Source: Actinomycetota bacterium (GTDB lineage: Bacteria > Actinomycetota > UBA4738 > HRBIN12). From it: 64,000 nt of DNA. Position numbers and translations under genes: made by a program. Of the stretch, positions 1-9,798 are shown one piece after another. The DNA lies in NCBI GenBank assembly GCA_035550775.1, contig DASZOO010000248.1, positions 124-64,123 of the forward strand. The letters are read 5' to 3'. The notes under the pieces are model-generated. The model saw nothing but the letters and a program-made list of their open reading frames with translations, searched no databases and was not told the origin of the DNA. Positions within the stretch are counted from its first letter, which is position 1, and every line of letters starts with the position of its first letter.

Positions 1-1
1 T

Positions 2-124
2 ACGAGCATCGCGCTCGGCGCGGCGGCGATCGTCACCGAGATCACGAACCTGCTGACCGAACGCGGCGCGATCCCGAGCCCGCCGGCGCCTCCGGGCGAC
101 CCGCTGGATCCCCAGCTGTCCTAG
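2..124 (+). CDS. 3' end of an unidentified CDS entering from upstream (C-terminal fragment, ...TSIALGAAAIVTEITNLLTERGAIPSPPAPPGDPLDPQLS*)
   Basis: Open frame from the window edge to TAG at 122-124 with protein-like, non-Arg-rich composition and G/C-rich third positions. Identity unknown. Confidence 0.3.
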   Translation, partial: TSIALGAAAIVTEITNLLTERGAIPSPPAPPGDPLDPQLS

Positions 125-138
125 GCGTCTGCCGCGGC

Positions 139-1278
139 TCAGGCGGTGGCGGGGGCCGTCTCCGGCTGCTCGTCGCTCGGCGCCGGGCGACGCCAGTCCT
201 TCTTCGCACGCCAGATCAGGTAGGTGAACGCCCCGATCGGGATCTGGATGCCGTAGGTCAACGCCCGGAACATCAGCACGCCAGCGACGATCGCCGCCTT
301 CTCCTCCTGCGAGGCCCCGGCTGCGAGTCCCCCGATGTACCCGAGATCGATCACGCCGACGCCGCCCGGGGTGATCGGAACGGCCGAGAGCAGGCGGCCG
401 AAGGCGAAGACCGCGAACACCCGCGCGGTGCTCACCTCTTCCTCCGAGATGCCCATGTGGCGCAAGGAGAACAGCAAGACGACGGCCAACGCGACCTGGC
501 TCAGGATCGTCGTCAACGTCAGTCGCACCCATCGACGCTCGACCAGGCCGATCGTGTCCGCGCGGAACTGCACGGCGCGGTCGCCCGTATCGGTGCGCGG
601 CGACTTGCCGAACAGCCGCAGGAAGAACGAGAGCACCGCGCCGACCCCGTCGCCGACACGCCGGGCGAGGTGCTCGCTCGCGAACAGCGCGGCGAGCAAC
701 CCCACCGCGACCGCCAGCACCGCGACACCGACGATCGCCGCGACGAGGTAGGCCGACCCACTCTGTCCCGTGATGACCAGGATCACGATGGAGATCACGG
801 GCAATGCCAGCTTCACGAAGATGTTCCAGATGCCGGTCACCCCGACGTAGAGGGCGACGTCGGTACCGGTGAACCCCCACGACTTCAGGATCGTGTACGT
901 GAGGCCGACCGCGATCGCGCCGCCTCCTGGGAGGGTGTTCGCGACCGACGTCGTCGTTTGCGTGAGCACCGCGGCCCTGGAGAGCTTGAGTCCCGGCAAC
1001 GCGGCCATGTTCGCCAGCCAATAGGTGAACAGGTTGAACACCGTCACCCCCACCAGCGACACCGCTTCGAGCAGGGTGAGCGATCCGAACGCCTTCCACA
1101 CCTCGCCGTAGTCGGCGACCTTCGGGATCGCGAAGACGAAGATCCCGACGACGATCAACAGCGAGAACACTCCCGCGGCGATCCGCCGGGCGGGCGAGTG
1201 GGAGCGGCCGACGGCCTCGTCGGGGGGCGGCTCGCTCGTCGTCGAGGCGTCGACGGTCGTCGCGGCGTCGTCGGTCAT
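139..1278 (-). CDS. UPF0104 / lysylphosphatidylglycerol-synthase-TM-domain ('flippase-like') integral membrane protein
   Basis: ORF 139..1323 (minus) predicts about 8 transmembrane segments and Gly-rich motifs typical of the MprF C-terminal / YbhN-type flippase-like domain. Likely start is Met at MTDDAAT (about 1278). It is divergent from the next gene. Confidence 0.6.
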   Translation of the reverse strand: MTDDAATTVDASTTSEPPPDEAVGRSHSPARRIAAGVFSLLIVVGIFVFAIPKVADYGEVWKAFGSLTLLEAVSLVGVTVFNLFTYWLANMAALPGLKLSRAAVLTQTTTSVANTLPGGGAIAVGLTYTILKSWGFTGTDVALYVGVTGIWNIFVKLALPVISIVILVITGQSGSAYLVAAIVGVAVLAVAVGLLAALFASEHLARRVGDGVGAVLSFFLRLFGKSPRTDTGDRAVQFRADTIGLVERRWVRLTLTTILSQVALAVVLLFSLRHMGISEEEVSTARVFAVFAFGRLLSAVPITPGGVGVIDLGYIGGLAAGASQEEKAAIVAGVLMFRALTYGIQIPIGAFTYLIWRAKKDWRRPAPSDEQPETAPATA

Positions 1279-1298
1279 GTGTCGGTCAGGATATCCCC

Positions 1299-3008
1299 TT
1301 GGGCGAGCCGAGCGCGGACACACCGCGCTCGGCTAGTCTCCGCGGGATGGAACCGTCGCCCTCCCCGGAAGCACCAGAGCCGACCGTCGCCGCGGGGCGT
1401 GTGCATCGGCAACGCCGTCCCACCGGGGAAGCTCCCCCGTTGCCGCGTGCGCCGGGGACGGCACGATGGTGGTTGGCGCTCGCCGCCGTGGTGGTGCTCG
1501 GCGTCCTGGTCGAGGCGTGGATCCGCGGCAACGACGACATCCACGAGATCGGCGACGCGGTCCTTCGGGCCTTCGAGGACATCCGCACACCGTTCCTCAC
1601 CGGCATCGCCAAGACGGTCGCCGCGCTGACGACGTTCGGGGTCGTGCAGGTGCTGCGCGTCGCCCTGGCGATCGCGTTGATCGTCACGAAGCGCTTCCGC
1701 CACCTCGTGGTCGCGCTCGCGACGTTCGTGATCAGCGACTGGCTCGTGCTCACGTTCCTCGACGTGCAGCTCCCGCCGGGCGACGTCACCCCGCTCATCG
1801 ACCAGACGGATTTCCGGTTCCCGTCGTGGCCGATGACCGCGTTCGCGATCACGGTCTTCACAGTGCCGTTCGTGCTCGCCCCGGCCGGGGACGTCAGGAA
1901 GCGAGCGATGGCCGTCGCGTGGGCGATCGTGGTGCTCGTCGCGCTCTCCCGGCTCTACCTCGGCGCCGACTACCCGTCGAACGTCGTGTACGCGGCCGTG
2001 TTCAGCTGGTTGCTGACGGAGACCTTGTTCCGCTGGTTCGTACCCGACGAGTCGTTCCCGGTGAGCTACCGTCGAGGAGGCAACGCGGCCCATCTCGATC
2101 TCGGCGGCGCCCGGGCCGAGGCGGTGCGGCACGCGATGGCCGATCAGGTCGGGCTGGACGTGACCGGGGTCGAGCCGTTCGGCCTCGAAGGCTCCGGTGG
2201 CTCGTCGCCGCTGCGCATGACCCTGTCCGACGGGTCACGGGTCTTCGGGAAGATCTACGCGAGGAGCCACGTGCGTGCCGATCGCTGGTACCGGGTGGGG
2301 CGCACGATCCTCTACGGCAAGCTGGAGGACGAGGCTCCGTTCGGCTCCGTGCGCCGGCTCGTCACCTACGAGGACTACGCGCTGCGGTTCCTCGCGATGA
2401 ACGACGTGAAGGTCGCCCGTACGTGGGGCGTCGTGGAGCTCACGCCGAACAGCGAGTACATGCTGGTCACGGAGTTCTTCGAGGATTCCAAGAACCTCGG
2501 CGACTCGGAGATCGACGACGGGGTGATCGACGAGGGCCTGCGGCTGGTCCGTCGGTTCTGGGACATCGGCGTGGCTCATCGAGACATCAAGCCGGCGAAC
2601 CTGCTGGTGCAAGGAGGACGGCTGCAGCTGGTCGACGTGTCCGGGCTCGAGGTGCGCCCGAGCCCCTGGCGGCAGGCCGTCGATCTCGCGAACATGATGC
2701 TCACCCTCGCGCTGCAGACCGATCCGGATCGGGTGTACGAGCGGGCGGCCGCGTGGTTCACCCCGGACGAGATCGCCGAGGCGTTCGCCTGCGCCGAGGG
2801 CATGGCCGTGCCCACCGAGCTCTCGGGGCGTCTCAAGCAGGACCCTCGTCCGATCCTGGACCGTTTCAAGGAGCTCGCGCCGGCTCACCAGCCGGTCTCG
2901 ATCCAGCGGTGGAGCGTGCGGCGCCTCGCACTGGTGGCAGGGGCGATCGTCGGAGGACTCGTCCTGATCGCGATGGCGGTCGACTCGCTGTTCGCCGGGC
3001 TTCGCTGA
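1299..3008 (+). CDS. membrane protein: N-terminal PAP2-like domain (catalytic His/Asp substituted) fused to a C-terminal protein-kinase-like (HRDxKxxN, Kdo/lipid-kinase-like) domain with a C-terminal TM helix
   Basis: PAP2-like motifs FPSWP and SRLYLGADYPSN lie in a 6-TM N-terminal half. The C-terminal half has FGKIYARSH, VAHRDIKPANLLV and LVDVSG (DFG-like) motifs, then a terminal hydrophobic helix. True start may be Met17 (about 1347). Confidence 0.55.
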   Translation: MGEPSADTPRSASLRGMEPSPSPEAPEPTVAAGRVHRQRRPTGEAPPLPRAPGTARWWLALAAVVVLGVLVEAWIRGNDDIHEIGDAVLRAFEDIRTPFLTGIAKTVAALTTFGVVQVLRVALAIALIVTKRFRHLVVALATFVISDWLVLTFLDVQLPPGDVTPLIDQTDFRFPSWPMTAFAITVFTVPFVLAPAGDVRKRAMAVAWAIVVLVALSRLYLGADYPSNVVYAAVFSWLLTETLFRWFVPDESFPVSYRRGGNAAHLDLGGARAEAVRHAMADQVGLDVTGVEPFGLEGSGGSSPLRMTLSDGSRVFGKIYARSHVRADRWYRVGRTILYGKLEDEAPFGSVRRLVTYEDYALRFLAMNDVKVARTWGVVELTPNSEYMLVTEFFEDSKNLGDSEIDDGVIDEGLRLVRRFWDIGVAHRDIKPANLLVQGGRLQLVDVSGLEVRPSPWRQAVDLANMMLTLALQTDPDRVYERAAAWFTPDEIAEAFACAEGMAVPTELSGRLKQDPRPILDRFKELAPAHQPVSIQRWSVRRLALVAGAIVGGLVLIAMAVDSLFAGLR

Positions 3009-3020
3009 CCACCGGACGGG

Positions 3021-3887
3021 TCAGTCCTTCGCAAGGATCACCAGTGGCTTGGAGCGCGGCCCCTGGTCTTCGTAGACCCCGATCAGCTCGCCGTCGCGTG
3101 CCGTTGCGGCGTAGGGGCCCCGAATGCCCGCGGGCGCGAGTGGACGCCCGTACCTCGCCGCACGGGCCTCTTCGTCGTCGAGCGTCACGCCCGGAAGGTG
3201 CGCTACGGCCGCGTCGACCGGCAGCGGGACGCCAGGGTCATCGGGAGGACCGGCCTCGGCGACCTCGAACGATCCGATGCGGGTGCGACGCAGAGCGGTG
3301 AGGTGCGCGCCGCAGCCGAGCGCCGTTCCCACGTCGGCGGCCAACACCCGCACGTACGTCCCCCCGCTGCAGGTGATCGTGGCATCGACGACATCTTCCC
3401 GACGGGCCGTGACCTCGAACCGCTCGACGTGGATCGATCGGGGGGCGGCCTCGAGCACCTCCCCCTCGCGGGCGGCTTGATAGAGCTTGCGACCACCGAC
3501 CTTCACGGCCGAGTACGCGGGCGGTCGCTGCTCCGAGTCACCCACGAGGGCCGCCACGGCGCGCGCGAGCTCGTCGTCGCCGACCTCGACCGGACGCACC
3601 CGGGTGAGCTCGCCGTCGGCGTCGAGCGTGGTGGTCTCGATCCCGAGCCGGAACGTGGCCTCGTACGTCTTGGGCAGCGCTCCCAGGAATCGGAGGAACC
3701 TCGTCGCCCGGCCGGCCCCCATGACCAACAGACCGGTCGCCATCGGATCGAGCGTGCCCGCATGGCCGACCTTCCTGATGCCGAGCGCCCGCCGCACCAT
3801 CGCCACGGCGTCGTGCGACGTGATCCCCCGAGGCTTGTCGATGAGCAGCAGGCCCTCCGGCCCCCGGCCGGAGGTGACGCCGCTCAC
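3021..3887 (-). CDS. truB: tRNA pseudouridine(55) synthase TruB
   Basis: LIDKPRGITSHD...GHAGTLDP motifs. Conserved position downstream of rbfA/nrnA. Confidence 0.85.
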   Translation of the reverse strand: MSGVTSGRGPEGLLLIDKPRGITSHDAVAMVRRALGIRKVGHAGTLDPMATGLLVMGAGRATRFLRFLGALPKTYEATFRLGIETTTLDADGELTRVRPVEVGDDELARAVAALVGDSEQRPPAYSAVKVGGRKLYQAAREGEVLEAAPRSIHVERFEVTARREDVVDATITCSGGTYVRVLAADVGTALGCGAHLTALRRTRIGSFEVAEAGPPDDPGVPLPVDAAVAHLPGVTLDDEEARAARYGRPLAPAGIRGPYAATARDGELIGVYEDQGPRSKPLVILAKD

Positions 3888-4864
3888 GAGGCGACGGGCT
3901 CGCCCCGCAACACGGCCGCGAGGCGTTCGACCGTCTCGGCCGGGCCGTGCGAGGACGTGTACCCCGCAGCCAGGCGATGACCGCCCCCTCCGAACGCGGC
4001 GGCCACCGACGCGAGGTCATGATCGCCGCGGGATCGCACGCTCACCTTGAAGCGACCGTCCTTCTGCTGCTTCACGAGGGCGGCGACATCGACGTCGCGC
4101 GCGGTGCGGATCACGTCGATCAGGTCGTCGGTCTCGGACGGATGCACGCCCGATGCCTGCAGATCTGACTGGGTGAGATACGTCCAGATCAGGTCGGCGT
4201 CCGGCACGTGCTCGAGTCGCCCGAGCGCGACCCCGACGAGCTGCAGATAGGGAGGGCGGTTGTCCTCGTACAGAGCCTGCACGAGCCGGGAATGGTCGAA
4301 CGGGTGCTCGCGCAAGCGGGCGGCGACGCGCAGGGTCTCGGGGGTCGTGGCCTCGTACTGGAACTTGCCGGTGTCGGTCACGAGGCCCGCATAGAGGCAG
4401 ACGGCGGTCTCGTCGGTCATCTGGCCGCCCATCGCCTCGATCAACCGGAAGACCATCTCGCACGTCGAGGAGGCTCCCGGATCGATCAACGGGATCGTGC
4501 CGAGCCCGTCGTTGGACCGGTGATGGTCGATCCAGATCAACTCCCGTGCGCGGCTCGCAGCGTGCCCGAGCTGTGCGAGCCGGTCGAACGCGGCGCAATC
4601 GCACGTCACCATCACCGCCGGCTCCTTGGGGAACTCCCTCGGCGGCACGAGACGGTCGGCTCCGGGCAGCATCGCGGCCCACCGCGGCGGCTCGAGCGGC
4701 TCGTTCGGATACGAGCAGACCGTCTCGACGCCTCGGGAACGCAGGAAGGCGGCGAGGCCCAGCATGGAGCCGAGCGCGTCGGCATCGGGGTTCACGTGGC
4801 AGGCCAGCGCGACCTCGGTCGCATCGGAGAGCACTCCGGCCGCCGCCCGGTAGTCAAGGCTCAT
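3884..4864 (-). CDS. nrnA: DHH-family phosphoesterase (NrnA-like bifunctional oligoribonuclease / pAp phosphatase)
   Basis: DHH/DHHA1 features (HVNPDADALGS, DHH, GGGH). Overlaps the truB start by 4 nt. Confidence 0.7.
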   Translation of the reverse strand: MSLDYRAAAGVLSDATEVALACHVNPDADALGSMLGLAAFLRSRGVETVCSYPNEPLEPPRWAAMLPGADRLVPPREFPKEPAVMVTCDCAAFDRLAQLGHAASRARELIWIDHHRSNDGLGTIPLIDPGASSTCEMVFRLIEAMGGQMTDETAVCLYAGLVTDTGKFQYEATTPETLRVAARLREHPFDHSRLVQALYEDNRPPYLQLVGVALGRLEHVPDADLIWTYLTQSDLQASGVHPSETDDLIDVIRTARDVDVAALVKQQKDGRFKVSVRSRGDHDLASVAAAFGGGGHRLAAGYTSSHGPAETVERLAAVLRGEPVAS

Positions 4865-5217
4865 CGATCGTCCTCCGCGGGCTGCAGGCCCGCGATCAGC
4901 TCGTCGATGCGCCGGCCCTGTTCGTACGTCGTGTCCTCTTCGAACTCGAGCTCGGGGAGGTACTTCAACCGCACCTGCTTCCCGATCACCGAGCGGAGGT
5001 GCGATCTCGCCGATCGGAGCGCCGCCCGGGTTCCCGCCTTGGCCCGGTCGTCGCCCATCGACGAATACGCCACCCAGGCATGGCGGAGGTCGGGCGAGAC
5101 CCTGACGCCCACCACGGTCACGAATCCGACGCGTGGGTCCTTGAGCTTCGGGATCTCCTCGGCGAGGATCTCGCGGAACTCCTCGCCGACCCGTTCGGTG
5201 CGCGGGGTCTCGGTCAT
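4861..5217 (-). CDS. rbfA: ribosome-binding factor A
   Basis: Typical RbfA sequence (RVGEEFREILAEEI...DPRVGFVTVVGVRVSPDLRHAWVAYS). Confidence 0.85.
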   Translation of the reverse strand: MTETPRTERVGEEFREILAEEIPKLKDPRVGFVTVVGVRVSPDLRHAWVAYSSMGDDRAKAGTRAALRSARSHLRSVIGKQVRLKYLPELEFEEDTTYEQGRRIDELIAGLQPAEDDR

Positions 5218-5236
5218 GCTTCCAGCCTACCGGCGC

Positions 5237-5530
5237 TCAGTCGTCCGGAGCGTGCATCGTGACCTCGACCTCGAGCACCTCGACCGAGGGCCATGTGTCG
5301 ACGAACCGAGCGATCTCGTCGGTGACCTGCCGGAGATGGAACTCCCCCGCTCCAAGCGCGGCCACCCCGATCGTGGCCCGCTGCCACAGGTCCTGATGGT
5401 CGACCTCCGACACGCTCACGTTGAACCGCTGGCGCATCGCCGCGCTCAACGCCTTTACGACGTGGCGCTTCTGCTTCAGGGAATGACTCTCACGGATGCG
5501 CAGGTCGAAGCGCTGCAGCGCGACCAGCAT
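5237..5530 (-). CDS. DUF503 (YlxP-like) protein
   Basis: Small conserved protein between infB and rbfA, as in other Gram-positive nusA-infB operons. Confidence 0.65.
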   Translation of the reverse strand: MLVALQRFDLRIRESHSLKQKRHVVKALSAAMRQRFNVSVSEVDHQDLWQRATIGVAALGAGEFHLRQVTDEIARFVDTWPSVEVLEVEVTMHAPDD

Positions 5531-7722
5531 CAGATCGAGCGGGCCACCTCACGAACCTCGAAGGCTTCGATCACGTCGCCTTCCTTGATGTCCTGGAACC
5601 CCTCGATGCCGATGCCGCATTCGTAGCCCGACGCGACTTCCCTCACGTCGTCCTTGAACCGACGGAGCGACCCGATCCTGCCCTCGTACACGACCACTCC
5701 GTCGCGCACGAGACGCACGCGCGCGTCTCGCGGGATCGTGCCCTGCGTGACGTAGCAGCCGGCCACGACCCCCAGCCTCGGAACCCGGAACGTCTGGCGC
5801 ACCTCCGCCTGGCCGAGCTCGACCTCCTGCTTCTCGGGCGCGAGCATGCCCGAGAGCGCCGCCTTGATGTCGTCGATCGCGTCGTAGATCACGCGATAGG
5901 TGCGGATGTCGACACCTTCTCGTTCGGCGAGGTCGACCGCCTGCTTGTCCGGCCGGACGTTGAACCCGACGACGATCGCATCGGAGGCCATCGCGAGCGA
6001 GACGTCGTTCTCCGTGATACCGCCGGCGGCGCTGCGAACGATGTTCACCCGAACCTCGTCCTGCGGCAGCTTCAGGAACGCGTCGGTCAGCGCGCCCATG
6101 GATCCCTGTACGTCGGTCTTGACGACCAGGTTGAGCTCGGGGATCTCCGACCGCTCCGCTTGCCGCATCAGATCCGAGAGCGTCGGTGGGCGGCTGATCA
6201 CGAGCTCCGCGGCCCTGGCCCTGGCCTCGCGTTCGTCGGCGACATGGCGGGCCTCGCGTTCGTCGGCGACCTCACGGAACTCGTCGCCGGAGGCCGGCAC
6301 CGCTTCCCAGCCCAGCAGCTGCACCGGCTTCGATGGACCGGCGACCCTCACGGGCGCGCCGTTCTCGTCCTGCATCGCGCGGATCTTGCAGTAGGTGGTG
6401 CCGGAGACCAACGCGTCACCGATGTCGAGCGTGCCCCGTTGCACGAGCACCGTCGCCACCGGGCCCCGGCCCTTGTCCAGATGCGCCTCGATCACGGTGC
6501 CTCGCGCCGGACCGGTGGGCACGCCCTTCAGCTCCTCGAGGTCGGTGACCAGCAGGATCGTCTCGAGCAGGGTGTCGAGGTTGGTCTTGGCCTTCGCGGA
6601 CACGTCGACGAACTCGGTGTCACCACCCCACTCCGAGGGCACGAGCCCGCGTTCAACGAGCTGCTGGCGAACGCGGGTCGGATCGGTGCCCTCCTTGTCG
6701 ACCTTGTTCACCGCCACCACGATCGGCACGCCGGCGGCCTTGGCATGGTCGAGCGCCTCGACGGTCTGCGGCATGACGCCGTCGTCGGCGGCCACCACCA
6801 GGACCGCGATGTCGGTCACCTGGGCTCCACGTGCCCGCATGGCCGTGAACGCCTCGTGACCGGGCGTGTCGATGAAGGTGATGTCGCGGTCGCCGACGTG
6901 TGCCTGGTACGCACCGATGTGTTGGGTGATCCCTCCGAACTCGCCCGCGACCACGTCGGTCTCGCGGATCGCGTCGAGCAGCTTGGTCTTGCCGTGGTCG
7001 ACGTGGCCCATCACCGTGACGACCGGCGGCCTGGGAGCGAGGTCGCCCTCATCGGCGGCCTCACCGGCCTCCTCGGCGACGAGATCGTCCTCGAAGCCGA
7101 CGATCTCGGCCTCCATGCCGAGCTCGCCCGCCACGAGCGTGATCGCCTCGTCGGACAGCGACGTGGTGGCCGTCGCCATCTCGCCGGCCAGGAACAGGAT
7201 CTTCACCATGTCGGCCGGACTCCTGCTGACGCGCTCAGCGATGTCCTGGGGGGTGGCGCCTCGGACGACACGAAGCGTCGGAACCGCCGGTTCGGCCGGG
7301 GTCCGCGCCACGCGAGGTGGACGCCGCGCGCCTGCTGCGGGAACCGAGGGGGGCGCCTCGGCCGCCGGCGCAGCCGGCGCCTCGGCTGCCGGCGAGCCGG
7401 GCTGTGCCGCCGCGGGCTCCTCGGCCGCGAGCTCGGCCGCCGGTTGCGTGGTCGCCGCCGGCTCCGCAGGAGGCGTCTCGGCGGCCGCCGGCTGCTTCTT
7501 CGCGGCTGGCTTCTTGGGCTTGCGCGGGGCGGGCGGTGGCTCGAGCACCTCACGACGCTTCGGCGCCTCGGTGGCCTTGCCCCCGGACGCACGCAGCCTG
7601 GGCACGAGATCCTCCGGCACGCTGGACGAGGCCGACTTGCCGGACACGCCCATGTGTTCCAGCGTCGCCAGCAGTTCCTTGCTGGTGACTTCCAGCTCCT
7701 TCGCCAGTTCGTGAACCCTCAC
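5530..7722 (-). CDS. infB: translation initiation factor IF-2
   Basis: [19 protein letters not shown]-terminus, Ala/Pro-rich linker, GTPase G-domain ([25 protein letters not shown]). Confidence 0.95.
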   Translation of the reverse strand: MRVHELAKELEVTSKELLATLEHMGVSGKSASSSVPEDLVPRLRASGGKATEAPKRREVLEPPPAPRKPKKPAAKKQPAAAETPPAEPAATTQPAAELAAEEPAAAQPGSPAAEAPAAPAAEAPPSVPAAGARRPPRVARTPAEPAVPTLRVVRGATPQDIAERVSRSPADMVKILFLAGEMATATTSLSDEAITLVAGELGMEAEIVGFEDDLVAEEAGEAADEGDLAPRPPVVTVMGHVDHGKTKLLDAIRETDVVAGEFGGITQHIGAYQAHVGDRDITFIDTPGHEAFTAMRARGAQVTDIAVLVVAADDGVMPQTVEALDHAKAAGVPIVVAVNKVDKEGTDPTRVRQQLVERGLVPSEWGGDTEFVDVSAKAKTNLDTLLETILLVTDLEELKGVPTGPARGTVIEAHLDKGRGPVATVLVQRGTLDIGDALVSGTTYCKIRAMQDENGAPVRVAGPSKPVQLLGWEAVPASGDEFREVADEREARHVADEREARARAAELVISRPPTLSDLMRQAERSEIPELNLVVKTDVQGSMGALTDAFLKLPQDEVRVNIVRSAAGGITENDVSLAMASDAIVVGFNVRPDKQAVDLAEREGVDIRTYRVIYDAIDDIKAALSGMLAPEKQEVELGQAEVRQTFRVPRLGVVAGCYVTQGTIPRDARVRLVRDGVVVYEGRIGSLRRFKDDVREVASGYECGIGIEGFQDIKEGDVIEAFEVREVARSI

Positions 7723-7985
7723 GCCGCTCCGATCCGCTCGACCTCGAGCATCAGCCTACCCACTTCCTCGCTGCCCAGGCCTGTCCGCAACGCCCTGCCC
7801 AACACGCCCGCGCGGCCCGCATCGGCCAGGCAGTCCGGGTCGGGGTGCACGTACGCGCCGCGGCCCGACGCGCTGGCGGCGGGATCCACCCGAAGCTCCC
7901 CGGATACGACCACCACGCGCACGAGCGCCGACTTCGGACCGCGCGACCGGCACCCGACGCAGGTGCGGATCGGCTCGGCCGACAC
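7719..7985 (-). CDS. ylxR: YlxR/DUF448 RNA-binding protein
   Basis: RTCVGCR...GRGAYV motif. Located between nusA and infB. Confidence 0.75.
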   Translation of the reverse strand: MSAEPIRTCVGCRSRGPKSALVRVVVVSGELRVDPAASASGRGAYVHPDPDCLADAGRAGVLGRALRTGLGSEEVGRLMLEVERIGAA

Positions 7986-7989
7986 ATCG

Positions 7990-9204
7990 TCACTCCGCAG
8001 CCGGTGCCTCCGCCGGCGACGCGCCCTCCGCCGCGGGCGCTTCCTCCCCCGCGGGCGCTTCCTCCCCCGCAGGCGCTTCCTCGCCCGCGGGCGCTTCCTC
8101 CCTCGCGGGCGCTTCCTCGGCCGCGGGCGGTGCCGGGGCGGGGGCCGCTGCCGCGCGAGCCTCGTCCGCGGCCTGGGTCTCCGACTTGATGTCGATGCGC
8201 CAGCCGGTCAGACGGGCGGCAAGCCGTGCGTTCTGTCCTTCCTTGCCGATCGCGAGCGAGAGCTGGTAGTCGGGCACGATCACCATCGCCGTGCCGGTGC
8301 CCTCGTCGATGCGCACCTCCCTCACCTTGGCGGGCTGGAGAGCGTTGGCGACGAACTCGGCCGCGTTGTCGGACCAGGGGACGACATCGATCTTCTCGCC
8401 TCGGAGCTCGTTCACCACCATCCGCACGCGTGACCCCTTCGGACCGACACATGCGCCGACCGGGTCGACCCCTGGCTCGTTGGAGACCACGGCGATCTTC
8501 GAGCGGTGCCCCGGCTCGCGAGCCACGGCCCTGATCTCGACGATCCCCTCTTCGACCTCGGGCACCTCCATGGCGAACAGGGCCTTGAGCAGTCCGGGGT
8601 GCGATCGGCTCACGACGATCTGCGGTCCCTTCGTGCCCTTGCGAACCTCCGTGATGTAGGCCTTGAGCCGCTCGCCGTGGCGGTAGGGCTCGGTCGGAAC
8701 CTGCTCGGCCTGTGGCAGGAGCGCCTCCACCTTGCCGAGGTCGAGCAACGTGTACCGGCGCTCCTGCTGCTGCACGATGCCCGTGACCACGTCGCCCTCG
8801 CGCCCAGCGAACTCCTCGTAGGTCATCTCTCGTTCCGCATCGCGGAGCTTCTGGAAGATGACCTGCTTGGCCGTCTGCGCGCCGATACGGCCCTTGAACT
8901 CGTCGGTGACCTCGACCTCCTCCTCGCCCAGGACCTTCATCTCGAGTGTCGGCTCGGCGCCCTCCTCGACGGGCGGCATCTCGATCTCCTCGAGATCCTG
9001 CTTCCACATCCGGAGGTCGCCGCTCTCGGAGTCGATCACGGCACGGAAGCCCACGAAGTCGTCGTCGGCGTTCGGGTTCTCCTGCTTCCACCACGTCTTG
9101 TACGCGGACGCCATCGCCTCCTCGAGTCCCAGCAGGATCGTCTCGAATGCGATGCCCTTCTCTCGTTCCAGTTCCCGCAGCGCGGCGATCATCTCGGCGT
9201 TCAT
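7990..9204 (-). CDS. nusA: transcription termination/antitermination factor NusA with C-terminal acidic (EEAPAG)n repeat tail
   Basis: NusA N-terminal, S1 and KH domains. C-terminus is a hexapeptide-repeat acidic tail. Confidence 0.9.
   Translation of the reverse strand: MNAEMIAALRELEREKGIAFETILLGLEEAMASAYKTWWKQENPNADDDFVGFRAVIDSESGDLRMWKQDLEEIEMPPVEEGAEPTLEMKVLGEEEVEVTDEFKGRIGAQTAKQVIFQKLRDAEREMTYEEFAGREGDVVTGIVQQQERRYTLLDLGKVEALLPQAEQVPTEPYRHGERLKAYITEVRKGTKGPQIVVSRSHPGLLKALFAMEVPEVEEGIVEIRAVAREPGHRSKIAVVSNEPGVDPVGACVGPKGSRVRMVVNELRGEKIDVVPWSDNAAEFVANALQPAKVREVRIDEGTGTAMVIVPDYQLSLAIGKEGQNARLAARLTGWRIDIKSETQAADEARAAAAPAPAPPAAEEAPAREEAPAGEEAPAGEEAPAGEEAPAAEGASPAEAPAAE
8031..8120. repeat. about five tandem copies of an 18-nt unit (ccgcgggcgcttcctccc) inside the nusA 3' end
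   Basis: Direct tandem repeat visible in the sequence. It encodes the EEAPAG repeats of the NusA tail (minus strand). Confidence 0.8.
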
Positions 9205-9722
9205 GCGTTGCTCCTCTTCAGCTCGGCGGCCCAGTCGACGACCGTGCGCGCCGAGGCGATCTCGGCGAGCGGCACCCGCAACGCCTCGTCGCCGATCACG
9301 AGAGTGATCCCCTCGTCGTCGGCATCGGCCAGCCTGCCCGTATGGGTCCTCGACCCGGCCAGGGGTGCCGTCGTCTTCACCTTCACCTGCTCACCCACGG
9401 CGCGCCCGAAGTGCTCGGGCCGCCGCAACGGCCGCTCGAGACCGGGTGACGAGATCTGCAGGTCGTACGGGCCGGTCTCGTAGCCCTCGGCGTCGAGACG
9501 GCGCGACACCAGCTCCGAGAGCCGAGACAGCGTGTCGAGGTCGACGCCGTCGGGTCCGTCGACGATCACGCGAAGGACCTTCCGGCCGCCTTCGCGACCT
9601 CGGGTCACGTCGTACAACCGAAGGCCTTGGGCCTCGACCACGGGCCCGAGCAGGGCTTCCACATCCACCGCTCGACCCTCCCCTACGAACGAGAAGGTGG
9701 GCGCGAGCCCACCTCCGAACAC
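9201..9722 (-). CDS. rimP: ribosome maturation factor RimP
   Basis: RimP-like sequence upstream of nusA (overlapping stop/start). The start may be internal to the ORF. Confidence 0.8.
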   Translation of the reverse strand: MFGGGLAPTFSFVGEGRAVDVEALLGPVVEAQGLRLYDVTRGREGGRKVLRVIVDGPDGVDLDTLSRLSELVSRRLDAEGYETGPYDLQISSPGLERPLRRPEHFGRAVGEQVKVKTTAPLAGSRTHTGRLADADDEGITLVIGDEALRVPLAEIASARTVVDWAAELKRSNA

Positions 9723-9798
9723 ACGTCTGCGACTCCAGTACGAGTACGAGTATAGCCCACGACCTGCGGGAACGGCCCGGGATGCGGATCGCGCGGGA

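Noticed and set aside
1466-3301. 611-aa alternate-frame ORF overlapping the PAP2-kinase gene and truB
   Set aside because: Arg/Gly/Pro-rich, with no TM or domain signal. It is an alternate frame of real genes.
8031-8120. Tandem 18-nt repeats as a possible CRISPR or mini-satellite
   Set aside because: Repeats are contiguous with no spacers and lie in-frame inside nusA. This is a coding hexapeptide repeat, not CRISPR.
6160-8433. 757-aa plus-strand ORF antisense to infB and nusA
   Set aside because: Arg/Gly-rich artefact overlapping confidently identified genes.
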